Positions 1 through 9,272 of a stretch of 64,000 nt of DNA are shown piece by piece. The notes below the pieces were generated by a model that was given only the letters and a program-made list of their open reading frames with translations, was not told the DNA's origin and did no database searches. This DNA comes from Escherichia phage vB_EcoM-Sa45lw: the sequence record MK977694.1, one strand, 5' to 3'. The position numbers were made by a program, and so were the translations under genes. Position 1 is the stretch's first letter. The number at the start of each line of letters is the position of its first letter.

Positions 1-2178
1 TTAGGCCGCAAGGGCCTTCATAGTTTTAGCGATTTGGGAAACTTCATCATCACTTAAAGAGTTGCGATATCCGATGAAGTCGGAAACAATACGGAATTTC
101 TTGGTAAACTCAGCAACCATTTTATCACTGTTTTTTGAAGCATTATTTGATAATACATCAAAAAGATTAGTTACTGTCCAGATATCATGACCGATGGTAT
201 CTTTTCCACCATTAAAATATACACCGCGCAATGAACTAACTATATTAGCGAGTCGTGTATATTCTTCAGAAACTTCATCTGTACTGAAGTACTTCATCAT
301 AAAATCTAGCTCAGGATACTTGATAATTTTATCAATATATCGTTGAGCTGAACTTGAATAACCTACATACTTATCATAATCTACATCATCAAAAGCATCT
401 ACATATAAATCACGCAAAGCTTCAAAAATACATTGGCACTGACCGAGTTCTTTTACCTTTTTCTGTAAAAGCGGACGAATAACATAAAATTCATTAATGC
501 CAATAAGATTAGCCATACGAATCAAAATATTCATAGATGGATGACAAAGTGATGTAGTACCATCCATAGAGAAAATATCAGAACGATGCATATACGCTAC
601 ATAACCAGTAATTTCATCTGCTTCTGACGTAAGTGTAAATAGTTCCTCTTTTTCCCAGCGCCCATCTTTAATTTCAAATTTAAATGCTGTAGCAGCTTTA
701 GGACGAGGAGCTTTACTTTTAACTACCTTTGGAATATAACTTTTAACCAAAGCTTCAATTTCTGACAAATAGTGAATGTTAACTTCATCACTTTCAAACA
801 TCGCCATAATATCAGGGAGTAAATCAATCTGCGATTCTACTTCCGGATTAATAAACAGAAGACGCTCATTGTGATGAATATTCAAAGTGTTATTAAATTC
901 ACTATCATCTAACGCGTGTGCTAATCCACGGACAATATTAACACGATTTTTAATATTATCAATAACGATATTAATTTTTGTTGTATTAATACCAAACAGA
1001 CGATAACTTGATGCAACGGCTGAAGTTTCATGACTTTGCTTAATGCGTTTCAGTCGAGGGTCAAGATTTACTTCATACACCACGCCTGCATTACATAACT
1101 TACTGTCAGGTTCAAACATGCTCTGCATCTTCTTATATGACAGATTTTTAGTCGTGAATTTGACTGAATTACTAATCATATAATCTCGAGCAGAATAGCC
1201 CATTTTCATTAACTCGCGATACGTATGGCGAGGAGATGTAGATTCTTTAAATCGTTTTACATCTTCATTAAATGCTTTCTCACTAAGCTCTTTAACTCGT
1301 TCAATAATATTTTTACGAGTACGATCATCCAATGAAAGAGCTTCACGTGATGGAGCAATATCAAGTGAACCCATTGGAAACTTAATGTAATTCACTTCAT
1401 TGCGAATGCTTAGCCAGTTACGGTCTCTAATAACACCATCGATAGGATAAACAATACCGCCATAGATAGCATATAATCCACCACGATCAGGCCAGTATCT
1501 TTCTGGATTTACACCGTAATAATCATCAAAATCCGGAAAATAATCAATTTCACGGTCAAGACCATTAATAATAGCCAAATCTTTGAACGGTCGCATGATA
1601 TAAGAAACTTCATAAGCAAAGTTTCTAAAGTCTTTTTCTTCAACTGGAACTACGATTTCAATACCAGTTTTATCATCTGGACCCATTTCTTTTACGAATG
1701 TAGGTTTAATCTGTGGGCCATCACCATCCATGTAAGCTACATAACCACGAATTTCACCTTTATGATACGAAGTAATACTAAACGTATCAGTATAACTAAA
1801 CGGAGATTTAGAACCTAAACCAAATCCGCCAATGAAATCGTTAGATTCAGCCTTAGATGAACTGAAGTATGAATTATACAAACCAGGAGAATTATCATCA
1901 CCCTGAATATCAAAATCACTCATACCCGGACCAAAATCTCGGCAAACAAATCGTGGATCTAAACGTCCAGGAACTTGAATGATAAATTTTTCAGGATTTC
2001 CATTGAGAGCATGGGCATCAATCATGTTGGTAATCAATTCACGAACAACTGCGCGAATCTTATTTGTATACAAATCAGATGATAAGATTTTAAATACTTT
2101 AGGAGATGCTGTGATGCTAAATGCTTTTGATTTAGAACCATTACCAAGAATTGTTTCTTTTTCAGTGGTGATAATCAT
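1..2178 (-). CDS. rIIA: rIIA rapid-lysis/exclusion-sensitivity protein
   Basis: Complete 725-aa ORF, same length and map position as T4 rIIA; N-terminal GHKL-ATPase-like glycine-rich motifs. Confidence 0.92.
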   Translation of the reverse strand: MIITTEKETILGNGSKSKAFSITASPKVFKILSSDLYTNKIRAVVRELITNMIDAHALNGNPEKFIIQVPGRLDPRFVCRDFGPGMSDFDIQGDDNSPGLYNSYFSSSKAESNDFIGGFGLGSKSPFSYTDTFSITSYHKGEIRGYVAYMDGDGPQIKPTFVKEMGPDDKTGIEIVVPVEEKDFRNFAYEVSYIMRPFKDLAIINGLDREIDYFPDFDDYYGVNPERYWPDRGGLYAIYGGIVYPIDGVIRDRNWLSIRNEVNYIKFPMGSLDIAPSREALSLDDRTRKNIIERVKELSEKAFNEDVKRFKESTSPRHTYRELMKMGYSARDYMISNSVKFTTKNLSYKKMQSMFEPDSKLCNAGVVYEVNLDPRLKRIKQSHETSAVASSYRLFGINTTKINIVIDNIKNRVNIVRGLAHALDDSEFNNTLNIHHNERLLFINPEVESQIDLLPDIMAMFESDEVNIHYLSEIEALVKSYIPKVVKSKAPRPKAATAFKFEIKDGRWEKEELFTLTSEADEITGYVAYMHRSDIFSMDGTTSLCHPSMNILIRMANLIGINEFYVIRPLLQKKVKELGQCQCIFEALRDLYVDAFDDVDYDKYVGYSSSAQRYIDKIIKYPELDFMMKYFSTDEVSEEYTRLANIVSSLRGVYFNGGKDTIGHDIWTVTNLFDVLSNNASKNSDKMVAEFTKKFRIVSDFIGYRNSLSDDEVSQIAKTMKALAA

Positions 2179-2188
2179 AATTTCCTCA

Positions 2189-2392
2189 TTAATTCATATT
2201 ACGCTTAATAACTTCAGCAACTTCTAGTAGTTCGTCTTTAGTTGCGGTGTCGGATTGAATTTTATCTCTAATATCTTTAAAGCGGTTTTTAAATTCTTCG
2301 GCTTCTCCCATATCGAAAAAGCGTTGAATGATTCTATATTCTCGATGAACTGCTTTATCAAAAAGTTCTAAATTTACTTTATATGATTTCAT
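2189..2392 (-). CDS. rIIA.1-position small protein
   Basis: 67-aa ORF between the topoisomerase gene and rIIA, tightly packed. Confidence 0.65.
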   Translation of the reverse strand: MKSYKVNLELFDKAVHREYRIIQRFFDMGEAEEFKNRFKDIRDKIQSDTATKDELLEVAEVIKRNMN

Positions 2393-2417
2393 TCCAATAT
2401 CCTCATTTGCCCAATTA

Positions 2418-2447
2418 ATTATACCACATCCTTGTGGTAAAGTAAAC
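2418..2447 (-). promoter_or_regulatory. T4-type early promoter (GTTTAC, 18-bp spacer, TGnTATAAT)
   Basis: Minus strand reads GTTTACTTTACCACAAGGATGTGGTATAAT just upstream of rIIA.1. Confidence 0.7.
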
Positions 2448-4267
2448 TACTGGCTCATCCATTCTTTACGAAGGTCAGCATTATCTCCCATGAGCATTTC
2501 AAAAAGCTCTTTCCAGTTCTCAGGAAGTTTAACAACATCATATACTGGATTTTGAATCATCTCACGATATTCAGATTTTTCCAAAGAGCCAAGTCCCTTA
2601 ATATAACGGATGCTATGTTTAGGTAGAGCATCTTTAGCACTCTCATATTCAGCGACTGTATAAAACCATTCTTGTTTTTTACCGACCTGGGCGATGATTA
2701 CAGGAGTTTTGACAAAGCGAATTCGTCCTTGCTCAAACAATTCTGGCCAATTACTAAAAAATCCGAGCAGAGAAGGATAAATGCTTCCTAAACCATCATG
2801 GTCAGCATCGGTCATAATAGCAATATTATGATAATTCAAGTTTTCAGCTTTTTCACCAAGAACTAATCCAGTGATTGCGCAAATATCAAATAGTTCTTTG
2901 TTTTTAAGCATATCAGCATATGACATACCCCAACTATTGAGAACTTTACCACGCAATGGATAACCACCATGAAGTTCTTTATCACGAACATCAATAAGAT
3001 ATCCGATAGCAGAATCACCCTCAGTCAAGAAAAGAGTAGTGTCAGCATCTTTACCACAAAGATTCGCTTTGATATGTTTATGAACCTTAGCTTTAGAAGC
3101 CTTTTTAGCTGCTTTAGTTTCTGCTGCTTTCTCTGCCGCCAATTTACGAGCCAAAGCAGCTTCAATAATCGGCATTAGAATTGCTTCATTATTTAGAATA
3201 GCGCGTGAAATCTTTTTAGCATCAAGCTGAATATGACTACGAATTTCGCCAAATGGAGAAGTCAAACGCTCTTTAGTTTGAGAATCAAATCGCATGTTTT
3301 TCATATCACGAACAAACATAACGATAGTCAAACATTCTTTAACGCGTGCTTTAGTTACATCAATTTTGAATTTACGTTTGATTTGTGGAATAAGGTCTTC
3401 ACAAATATCATCCATGACACAGTCAATGTGATGGCCACCATTCTTAGTGTGAATGTTATTCACGTAAGTTAATTGGCGAAAACCATCAGGTGAACGACCA
3501 ACCGCAATAGAACAATTTTCTTGTTCTTGAACAATAGCATGCTCATCATATTGGCGTGCATATTTCTTAAAATTACCCTGAACCTTTTTACCATTAAAGG
3601 TAAATTGAATATCAGGATAAACGACAGCAAGTGTCTGGAGACGATCCAGTGTAATGTCAAGATAAACCTGAGACAGCTCATTAGTTTCAAATGACATAAA
3701 ATCAGGAATGAAAGTAACACGAGTTCCTTTCCATTTTCCAGGAATAGTTTCCCAGGATTTATTTTCCATACCATTTGAACAACGAACTACAATATTATTT
3801 TGACCATCGCCAGTTTCACCGACAAACATCACAGAAAAAATGTTTGTCAAACTAGAACCAACACCATTCATACCACCGGTGACGCGTTCTTTATCATCAC
3901 CGAAGTTACCACCTGCTTTTGGAATAGTCCAGGCAGCAACAGGACCAGGAATTTCTTCACCGGTAGGTGTTTTAACCATCGCTTGTGGAATACCGCGACC
4001 GTTATCTTCAACTGTTACCTGATTATTTTTAATGGTAACATTAATTTTATTCGCGAATTTAAACTTAGTACGAATACCTTCATCTACTGAGTTATCGATA
4101 ATTTCATCAATAAGCTTAACAAGACCAGGTACATACTGAACACTTTCCCATTTACCAAACAGAAAGCGCTCATGCATTTCATTAGCAGAAGAGCCAATAT
4201 ACATGCCGCTACGCTTTTTGATATGTTCAATATCGCTCAGAATTTTAATTTCATTCTTAATCATCAC
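2447..4267 (-). CDS. 39: DNA topoisomerase II large subunit, fused gp39+gp60 form
   Basis: 606-aa continuous ORF with GyrB-like N-terminus; no gene 60 split or bypass. Confidence 0.9.
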   Translation of the reverse strand: MMIKNEIKILSDIEHIKKRSGMYIGSSANEMHERFLFGKWESVQYVPGLVKLIDEIIDNSVDEGIRTKFKFANKINVTIKNNQVTVEDNGRGIPQAMVKTPTGEEIPGPVAAWTIPKAGGNFGDDKERVTGGMNGVGSSLTNIFSVMFVGETGDGQNNIVVRCSNGMENKSWETIPGKWKGTRVTFIPDFMSFETNELSQVYLDITLDRLQTLAVVYPDIQFTFNGKKVQGNFKKYARQYDEHAIVQEQENCSIAVGRSPDGFRQLTYVNNIHTKNGGHHIDCVMDDICEDLIPQIKRKFKIDVTKARVKECLTIVMFVRDMKNMRFDSQTKERLTSPFGEIRSHIQLDAKKISRAILNNEAILMPIIEAALARKLAAEKAAETKAAKKASKAKVHKHIKANLCGKDADTTLFLTEGDSAIGYLIDVRDKELHGGYPLRGKVLNSWGMSYADMLKNKELFDICAITGLVLGEKAENLNYHNIAIMTDADHDGLGSIYPSLLGFFSNWPELFEQGRIRFVKTPVIIAQVGKKQEWFYTVAEYESAKDALPKHSIRYIKGLGSLEKSEYREMIQNPVYDVVKLPENWKELFEMLMGDNADLRKEWMSQ

Positions 4268-4316
4268 TTATCCTCGTTTGGTTTCGGGAATATTATACTC
4301 CGGCAATCATAAAGCT

Positions 4317-4334
4317 AAAGGCCCGAAGGCCTTT
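4317..4334 (-). terminator. C(UUCG)G stem-loop (intercistronic hairpin)
   Basis: aaaggcc-cgaa-ggccttt perfect hairpin; transcript loop is UUCG. Confidence 0.6.
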
Positions 4335-4603
4335 TATTTAAAACGAATAGTTGAATCCTTAAAGAACAACCCAGAACATACTGTTCCTTCTACTTTCTGC
4401 CCAGTAGGTCCAATAGCACGAAATCCAGTATGTTGGAAATCATTTTCAGAGCAACCGAACCAATTATATCCAGTGATTTCAATATTCGTAAAACCACTCG
4501 ATGATAAAATTTTAGTTGCATTATCAGCATCAGTACATCCTACTAAAGATACTGCTAATACTAATGCTGCAATAGAACGATTAATATATTTCATAGTTTT
4601 CAC
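4334..4603 (-). CDS. putative lipoprotein (39.1-position)
   Basis: 89-aa ORF with signal peptide and LVGC lipobox. Confidence 0.6.
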   Translation of the reverse strand: MKTMKYINRSIAALVLAVSLVGCTDADNATKILSSSGFTNIEITGYNWFGCSENDFQHTGFRAIGPTGQKVEGTVCSGLFFKDSTIRFK

Positions 4604-4980
4604 TTAAATTTAATGGCTTGAAGGAGACTAATAATTCTCAAACGGCTTCTTTCATCTTTAACTGTAAAAGAAAGAGGGTCGCCAGATTTCATAGTGATAG
4701 TGCATTCAAAATCAAAATCTTCAGGAACTTCTTCGAAGAAGTCAAATTCTTCATCATAAATTAGAACTTCACTCCGCAGACTGTGAAGAATTTTTCCAGC
4801 ATTTCTGCTAGTTGCTGTACTAATCATTGTAACATTATGACCTTTCATATCTTCAACGATAAATTCGCTTGTAGATATTACGGCATTAATAGAACCATTC
4901 CTATTACTAGCAGAAAGTAGATATTTCTTTTCTTCACCTTCGCGAACACGATATTTCTTACCGATTTTAAACATAATCAC
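4600..4980 (-). CDS. hypothetical protein (39.2-position)
   Basis: 126-aa ORF, 4-nt overlap with neighbour. Confidence 0.55.
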   Translation of the reverse strand: MIMFKIGKKYRVREGEEKKYLLSASNRNGSINAVISTSEFIVEDMKGHNVTMISTATSRNAGKILHSLRSEVLIYDEEFDFFEEVPEDFDFECTITMKSGDPLSFTVKDERSRLRIISLLQAIKFK

Positions 4981-5153
4981 CCTTTAAGTAAATCGTAAAA
5001 ACCGCCATTCACATGCTTAGGAGCAGAAGGCCGACGAGTAGACAAACGATGACATTTAGGGCAAACATCATTTTCTCGTTCAGAAATCTTTTTAATTTTT
5101 TCATATTCATGCCCGCAATCTTCGGATTGGCATTTATAATCATACATTGGCAT
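4977..5153 (-). CDS. small zinc-ribbon protein (CxxC-x18-CxxC)
   Basis: 58-aa ORF below track cutoff; AAGGA RBS; stop overlaps downstream start. Confidence 0.55.
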   Translation of the reverse strand: MPMYDYKCQSEDCGHEYEKIKKISERENDVCPKCHRLSTRRPSAPKHVNGGFYDLLKG

Positions 5154-5155
5154 AA

Positions 5156-5581
5156 TTATTCCTTAAAGTGTGCTTTCAACATCTGATACAAAGACCATGC
5201 CTGTTCATTATTTTCAATAGTAACTTTCATGACCGGGAATTCTGTGAAATCTTCTATTTGTTCTTGCTCTTTCTCTTCCTGCTCTTGCTCTTCAGCTGCC
5301 TGGTATGGATTTTCCACTTCATCAAAGAACACAGCTTCACTCGTTGAAAGCCAGATAAAATCTTCATCCAAAATATCTTTACCAGAAGATAACGCCAATT
5401 TTCCACTAGATGTCACAAGTTTAGTAGGACGACCAAGATAGTCAATATCTGTAACTCTAAAAGGTTCCATACCAAGACGTCGTGCATAAATTCCGTTTTC
5501 AGTATGGTCCTTGATAAAATCTTCTTGAGCTTGTTTATTTTTAAATTGATACCATTTATTAACTTCAAATTTAATAGCCAT
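5156..5581 (-). CDS. hypothetical protein (goF-position, 141 aa from internal ATG)
   Basis: ATG at 5581 overlaps upstream stop; length equals T4 goF; acidic C-terminus. Confidence 0.5.
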   Translation of the reverse strand: MAIKFEVNKWYQFKNKQAQEDFIKDHTENGIYARRLGMEPFRVTDIDYLGRPTKLVTSSGKLALSSGKDILDEDFIWLSTSEAVFFDEVENPYQAAEEQEQEEKEQEQIEDFTEFPVMKVTIENNEQAWSLYQMLKAHFKE

Positions 5582-5796
5582 TAATAAGTTTCCTTCCAAT
5601 AAGTTGTACCATCTTCAGTAATTTCGCGAAACACACCATAAATTGGTTGTTTATCACCAACTTTTTCGTACACATAAACCGAAGTCAAGTGAGTAAACTT
5701 ATTAGTATGTTCCTTTTGAACTACTACAAGATTTGGATCAAATAATACATCTTCAAATTCGTCATTAGTGCAATTCTGAACAATTTTACGTTTCAT
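5581..5796 (-). CDS. hypothetical protein (cef-position)
   Basis: 71-aa ORF, same size and position as T4 cef. Confidence 0.5.
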   Translation of the reverse strand: MKRKIVQNCTNDEFEDVLFDPNLVVVQKEHTNKFTHLTSVYVYEKVGDKQPIYGVFREITEDGTTYWKETY

Positions 5797-5809
5797 TACA
5801 ATTTCCTCA

Positions 5810-6091
5810 TTAATTGAACAGTGGAGCGATGCGTTTCAGAAGAGTAGCAGCACCTTTAGCGAATTTTACATCATGAAAAACAGTTTCTTCTTCCGTTACA
5901 ACACGAGCTTTAATGTTTTCACAATCCCAATTTTTGCGAACAATCTTCAAAAGCTGCAGTAAATCTTTACATTCAGCAATATCGATAACACATCCACGAG
6001 AATCTTCCATTATTGCACGATAACCGTAAGCCATACCATAATCGTTGAAAGATTGCTCGATGATAATTAAGTTTTCCATTTTATTCTCCAA
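5810..6091 (-). CDS. hypothetical protein
   Basis: 93-aa ORF in gene chain. Confidence 0.5.
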   Translation of the reverse strand: MENKMENLIIIEQSFNDYGMAYGYRAIMEDSRGCVIDIAECKDLLQLLKIVRKNWDCENIKARVVTEEETVFHDVKFAKGAATLLKRIAPLFN

Positions 6092-6175
6092 GTTATTTTC
6101 TGTATCAGTAGTTGATATTGATATAGTACCATAATCAACTACTGATGTATATAGTTTTATGAAAAAATTTAAACT

Positions 6176-6673
6176 TTATGCACAGCGAGCTTTGCTATAG
6201 TGTTTAATCCAGCTTTCAGGAATGACTTTGTATGTTCCTAAAAATACCGCGTTGTACAGCTTAACACCGTCTTCTACCCACTGATCGGTAATGTATGCGC
6301 ACATAGCACGAGTACGGTGTTTTTGAACAACCCCTTCCTCATCTTCAGTAAATTCGAATTCATAAGGAGCAACGAACTTAATAGCCTGACCGAGTTTCCA
6401 CTTAAAGTATACACCTACATGCGAAGTATCAATCGTTTCAATTCCTTTAGCAGGAACAGCTTTCAAAAACGCAGATTCAAGAAATTTCGCACGAACATAG
6501 CCAAACTGAGGTTTAGACTTTCCATCTTTAGGAATGATACGCACTTTTACTTCAGAATCTTCATCTTTAACGCCGTGTTTAAGCTGAATGCTTACAATTT
6601 CGACCAATTTTCCTGCTGCTTTAGAACGGGATTTATCAGATACACGAGCAATTTCACCAATATTAATAATCAT
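6176..6673 (-). CDS. MotB-region protein, paralog 1
   Basis: 165-aa ORF; C-terminal TDQWVEDGV motif shared with next ORF. Confidence 0.55.
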   Translation of the reverse strand: MIINIGEIARVSDKSRSKAAGKLVEIVSIQLKHGVKDEDSEVKVRIIPKDGKSKPQFGYVRAKFLESAFLKAVPAKGIETIDTSHVGVYFKWKLGQAIKFVAPYEFEFTEDEEGVVQKHRTRAMCAYITDQWVEDGVKLYNAVFLGTYKVIPESWIKHYSKARCA

Positions 6674-6707
6674 AGTTATCTCTCACTTGTTAAAAAGATT
6701 TTATACT

Positions 6708-6737
6708 CCACAGGACCATTATACTCTGGTCCCAAGA
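6708..6737 (-). promoter_or_regulatory. T4-type early promoter
   Basis: GTTTAC, 18 bp, TATAAT on minus strand. Confidence 0.65.
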
Positions 6738-6749
6738 GTTTGTAAACTA

Positions 6750-7289
6750 TTAATTCAAAATAGCTACCACTGCACTACGAGGTACTACGCTAAAATCACC
6801 TGCATGAACAACGTTCAGAAGTTCAACACCATCTTCAATCCATTGGTCTGTTACCCAACCACAGACCGAAATAAATGGAGTCTTGATAGCTACCGCACGA
6901 GTTAAAAGGTCAGTAGGATCGCATTCTTGAAAGAGGATGAACTCTGCTTCAAAGACTATAGTTTTAATTACTTCATCATTATCTAAGCGATGTGCTCGAA
7001 TCACGTAAGCTTTATTTTTATCATACCAGTTACTTTCTGAAAAGCTTTTAACCACAAACTCACCTTCACCAAAAACACTAGTCAATGCTTTATAACCCAA
7101 ATTTAGTTCAGTTGTTTTAATTTCAGTTTCAACTAGTTTGTAGGTTTTGCCGATTTCAATAGCGGTAGTCATAGTAGGTTCCTTAATTTCCAGTGGTTTA
7201 ACAGGGCATACATAAGTGCTTACAACATCAAAATCAATCAGTTTAGCTACCGGATTTGGTATGTATTCAGGATTATAATTAAATTTCAT
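6750..7289 (-). CDS. MotB-region protein, paralog 2
   Basis: 179-aa ORF; C-terminal TDQWIEDGV motif shared with previous ORF. Confidence 0.55.
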   Translation of the reverse strand: MKFNYNPEYIPNPVAKLIDFDVVSTYVCPVKPLEIKEPTMTTAIEIGKTYKLVETEIKTTELNLGYKALTSVFGEGEFVVKSFSESNWYDKNKAYVIRAHRLDNDEVIKTIVFEAEFILFQECDPTDLLTRAVAIKTPFISVCGWVTDQWIEDGVELLNVVHAGDFSVVPRSAVVAILN

Positions 7290-7291
7290 AA

Positions 7292-7831
7292 TTATCTCAT
7301 TTCAATAAAATCTACAAGTTCAGCATGGGATTTACGGAACATTACTTGATGCCCACCAATAATAACTTGGTCATCTGGTACTTCGTATACAGCAAGATAA
7401 AATCCTTTCGAAGATAATTCTTCACGCTCTTCTCGTGTGAACCATCTCATCATATCATATTCGCTAGCAAAAGCAAAATGATAAAGAGCTATAAACCATC
7501 CGGGAATATGATATTCTACTCCAACATAATCTTTCTTGAACTTAGTATTAATTACGATATTAGCATTTTTAACTAATAGTTTATCTTCGTGTGGTAAAGG
7601 AATTCTTTTATTATTATCGCTATGATGCATAAAATTAGGTCTGTCATAACCTACGTGTAATAGCCACTCTTCGCTCCATGAATCTATTATACTCCTGTAC
7701 GGCGTTATTTGAACACAAAGATTTCGACGTATTGTTATAGCATCTTCATAATCAAGAATACTAAACGATGATTCAACACGATAAATTTTCATTTTATTAT
7801 CCTCAGTAGCTATGGTGTTATAATACCACAA
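7292..7831 (-). CDS. hypothetical protein (dexA.2-position)
   Basis: 179-aa ORF. Confidence 0.5.
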   Translation of the reverse strand: MWYYNTIATEDNKMKIYRVESSFSILDYEDAITIRRNLCVQITPYRSIIDSWSEEWLLHVGYDRPNFMHHSDNNKRIPLPHEDKLLVKNANIVINTKFKKDYVGVEYHIPGWFIALYHFAFASEYDMMRWFTREEREELSSKGFYLAVYEVPDDQVIIGGHQVMFRKSHAELVDFIEMR

Positions 7832-7849
7832 CTAACCGAGGAAGTAAAC
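7820..7849 (-). promoter_or_regulatory. T4-type early promoter
   Basis: GTTTAC, 18 bp, TATTAT on minus strand. Confidence 0.6.
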
Positions 7850-7855
7850 AACTTT

Positions 7856-8539
7856 TTATCGTTTTGTTGGAAGAGATAGAGGATCGCATTCTTCCTCTGA
7901 TGGAGCGTCTTCAAGACCCATAGCATACCGCAAAGCATACTTCATCATCAGGATGTCTTTCGCACAGTCATGAATAGAATCATGTGCAACGAATCCATCT
8001 AAAGTTCCCTTTGGAAGAGGACAAGTGGTCATATCACGAACAAGTAGAAGTGCTTCAATTCTGGTACGAATATCACGCTGATTCCAGAATTTACACGGTT
8101 CTAACTTAAATGTATCAAGCTCATTCTCGGAAACGCCATTAAGACGTTGAATATCACGAATGAGATCGACTAAAATTGGAAAATCAAACGACATTCCACG
8201 GCACCAACCCTGAGATTTCCAAGGATCGATATTATGCACATTGATGTAATCATTGAATTTTGCAATACCATCAATAGTGCTTACATCTTCATCTGACGGT
8301 GCAATATTTTTTCGAGCTTCAGGGGATTGATTCTTCCACCATTCGATAGTGCTTTTAGTAAAAAGACGATGTCCTTTTTGGCTTTTTAAATCAAATTTGA
8401 TTTTAATGCCACGTGAAACTAATTCATCGAATGTTTCAACGACTTCTGGATTAGGGTCAAAAGCAATTACAGCTAAATCAATAACAGCTGCCTTTTCGCC
8501 GCTTCCCATTGTTTCAAAATCTATAATAAAATCAAACAT
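7856..8539 (-). CDS. dexA: exonuclease A (DEDDh 3'-5' exonuclease)
   Basis: 227-aa ORF, T4 DexA length; FDFETMG Exo I motif. Confidence 0.85.
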   Translation of the reverse strand: MFDFIIDFETMGSGEKAAVIDLAVIAFDPNPEVVETFDELVSRGIKIKFDLKSQKGHRLFTKSTIEWWKNQSPEARKNIAPSDEDVSTIDGIAKFNDYINVHNIDPWKSQGWCRGMSFDFPILVDLIRDIQRLNGVSENELDTFKLEPCKFWNQRDIRTRIEALLLVRDMTTCPLPKGTLDGFVAHDSIHDCAKDILMMKYALRYAMGLEDAPSEEECDPLSLPTKR

Positions 8540-8781
8540 TAAATTTTCCTTGCTAAATCGCGAATTTGACCTACAGTATAGTCTTGAATATAAACTTTAT
8601 TAATAGGCTCATCAATAAATTTTGCCATAGATTCAATGTCTTTTTGTATCTCTTCAAGACTGTATACTATCTTTGAAGCTTTTTCGCGAATAGTAATATT
8701 TTCAGGACCCGGATTTTCTTCAATGACAGCTTTAACATTTGTCATAAGAGATTTAAACTGACACCAACTTAATTCAATCAT
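8539..8781 (-). CDS. hypothetical protein
   Basis: 80-aa ORF, start/stop overlap. Confidence 0.5.
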   Translation of the reverse strand: MIELSWCQFKSLMTNVKAVIEENPGPENITIREKASKIVYSLEEIQKDIESMAKFIDEPINKVYIQDYTVGQIRDLARKI

Positions 8782-9034
8782 TAATAATCGCCTTATAAAG
8801 ATAGCTAATTTCGCCTAAAATATAATCATTGATTGTAACAGTTTTCACTTCACCACAAAAGAATTCTAACGCAATTAAATCTCGTTCAATTTCTTCTAAT
8901 TGAAGCCTCAACTTACTAGATTCTATTTTTACAGTTTCACGATTTTTGCTATAAGCAATTTCATAAATTTCGCTTACTTTATCTTGAAGAAGATAAAACT
9001 GATCTTTAGTTATTTCCACGAATAGCTTCCTCAA
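8774..9034 (-). CDS. hypothetical protein
   Basis: 86-aa ORF. Confidence 0.5.
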   Translation of the reverse strand: MRKLFVEITKDQFYLLQDKVSEIYEIAYSKNRETVKIESSKLRLQLEEIERDLIALEFFCGEVKTVTINDYILGEISYLYKAIIND

Positions 9035-9266
9035 ATTTAATTAGTAATTTACAGACACTTTCATCTAGTGTAATTACCGTATCTGTATTACTGTGATATG
9101 ATTGTTTTTCAATTCGTTTAATTGCTAATATAGTATCACTTATAAGATAAAGCTTATGAAGGAGCTCAGCTCCTGTTACCATAACATTAAGATTATCTTG
9201 CTTATTAGTATGCTTCCTTATACCATCTATTAGACGATTTAAATATTTTGAATTGATGTTAATCAT
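9006..9266 (-). CDS. hypothetical protein
   Basis: 86-aa ORF. Confidence 0.5.
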   Translation of the reverse strand: MININSKYLNRLIDGIRKHTNKQDNLNVMVTGAELLHKLYLISDTILAIKRIEKQSYHSNTDTVITLDESVCKLLIKFEEAIRGNN

Positions 9267-9272
9267 ATATCC

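Noticed and set aside
3469-3774. Nested minus-strand ORFs in alternative frames inside larger genes (3469..3774, 14515..14718, 22756..22950, 25280..25465, 26486..26677, 32782..33045, 34874..35095, 57575..57760, 59343..59525, 61444..61659, 62113..62295)
   Set aside because: Each is embedded in a longer ORF with clear functional identity or better coding character; likely frame artefacts.
1979-4090. Plus-strand ORFs of 60 to 96 aa antisense to rIIA and gene 39 (1979..2227, 2969..3178, 3233..3472, 3800..4090, 3840..4022)
   Set aside because: They lie wholly within strongly supported minus-strand genes, are low-complexity, and lack RBSs. The same holds for most other plus-strand ORFs in the track.
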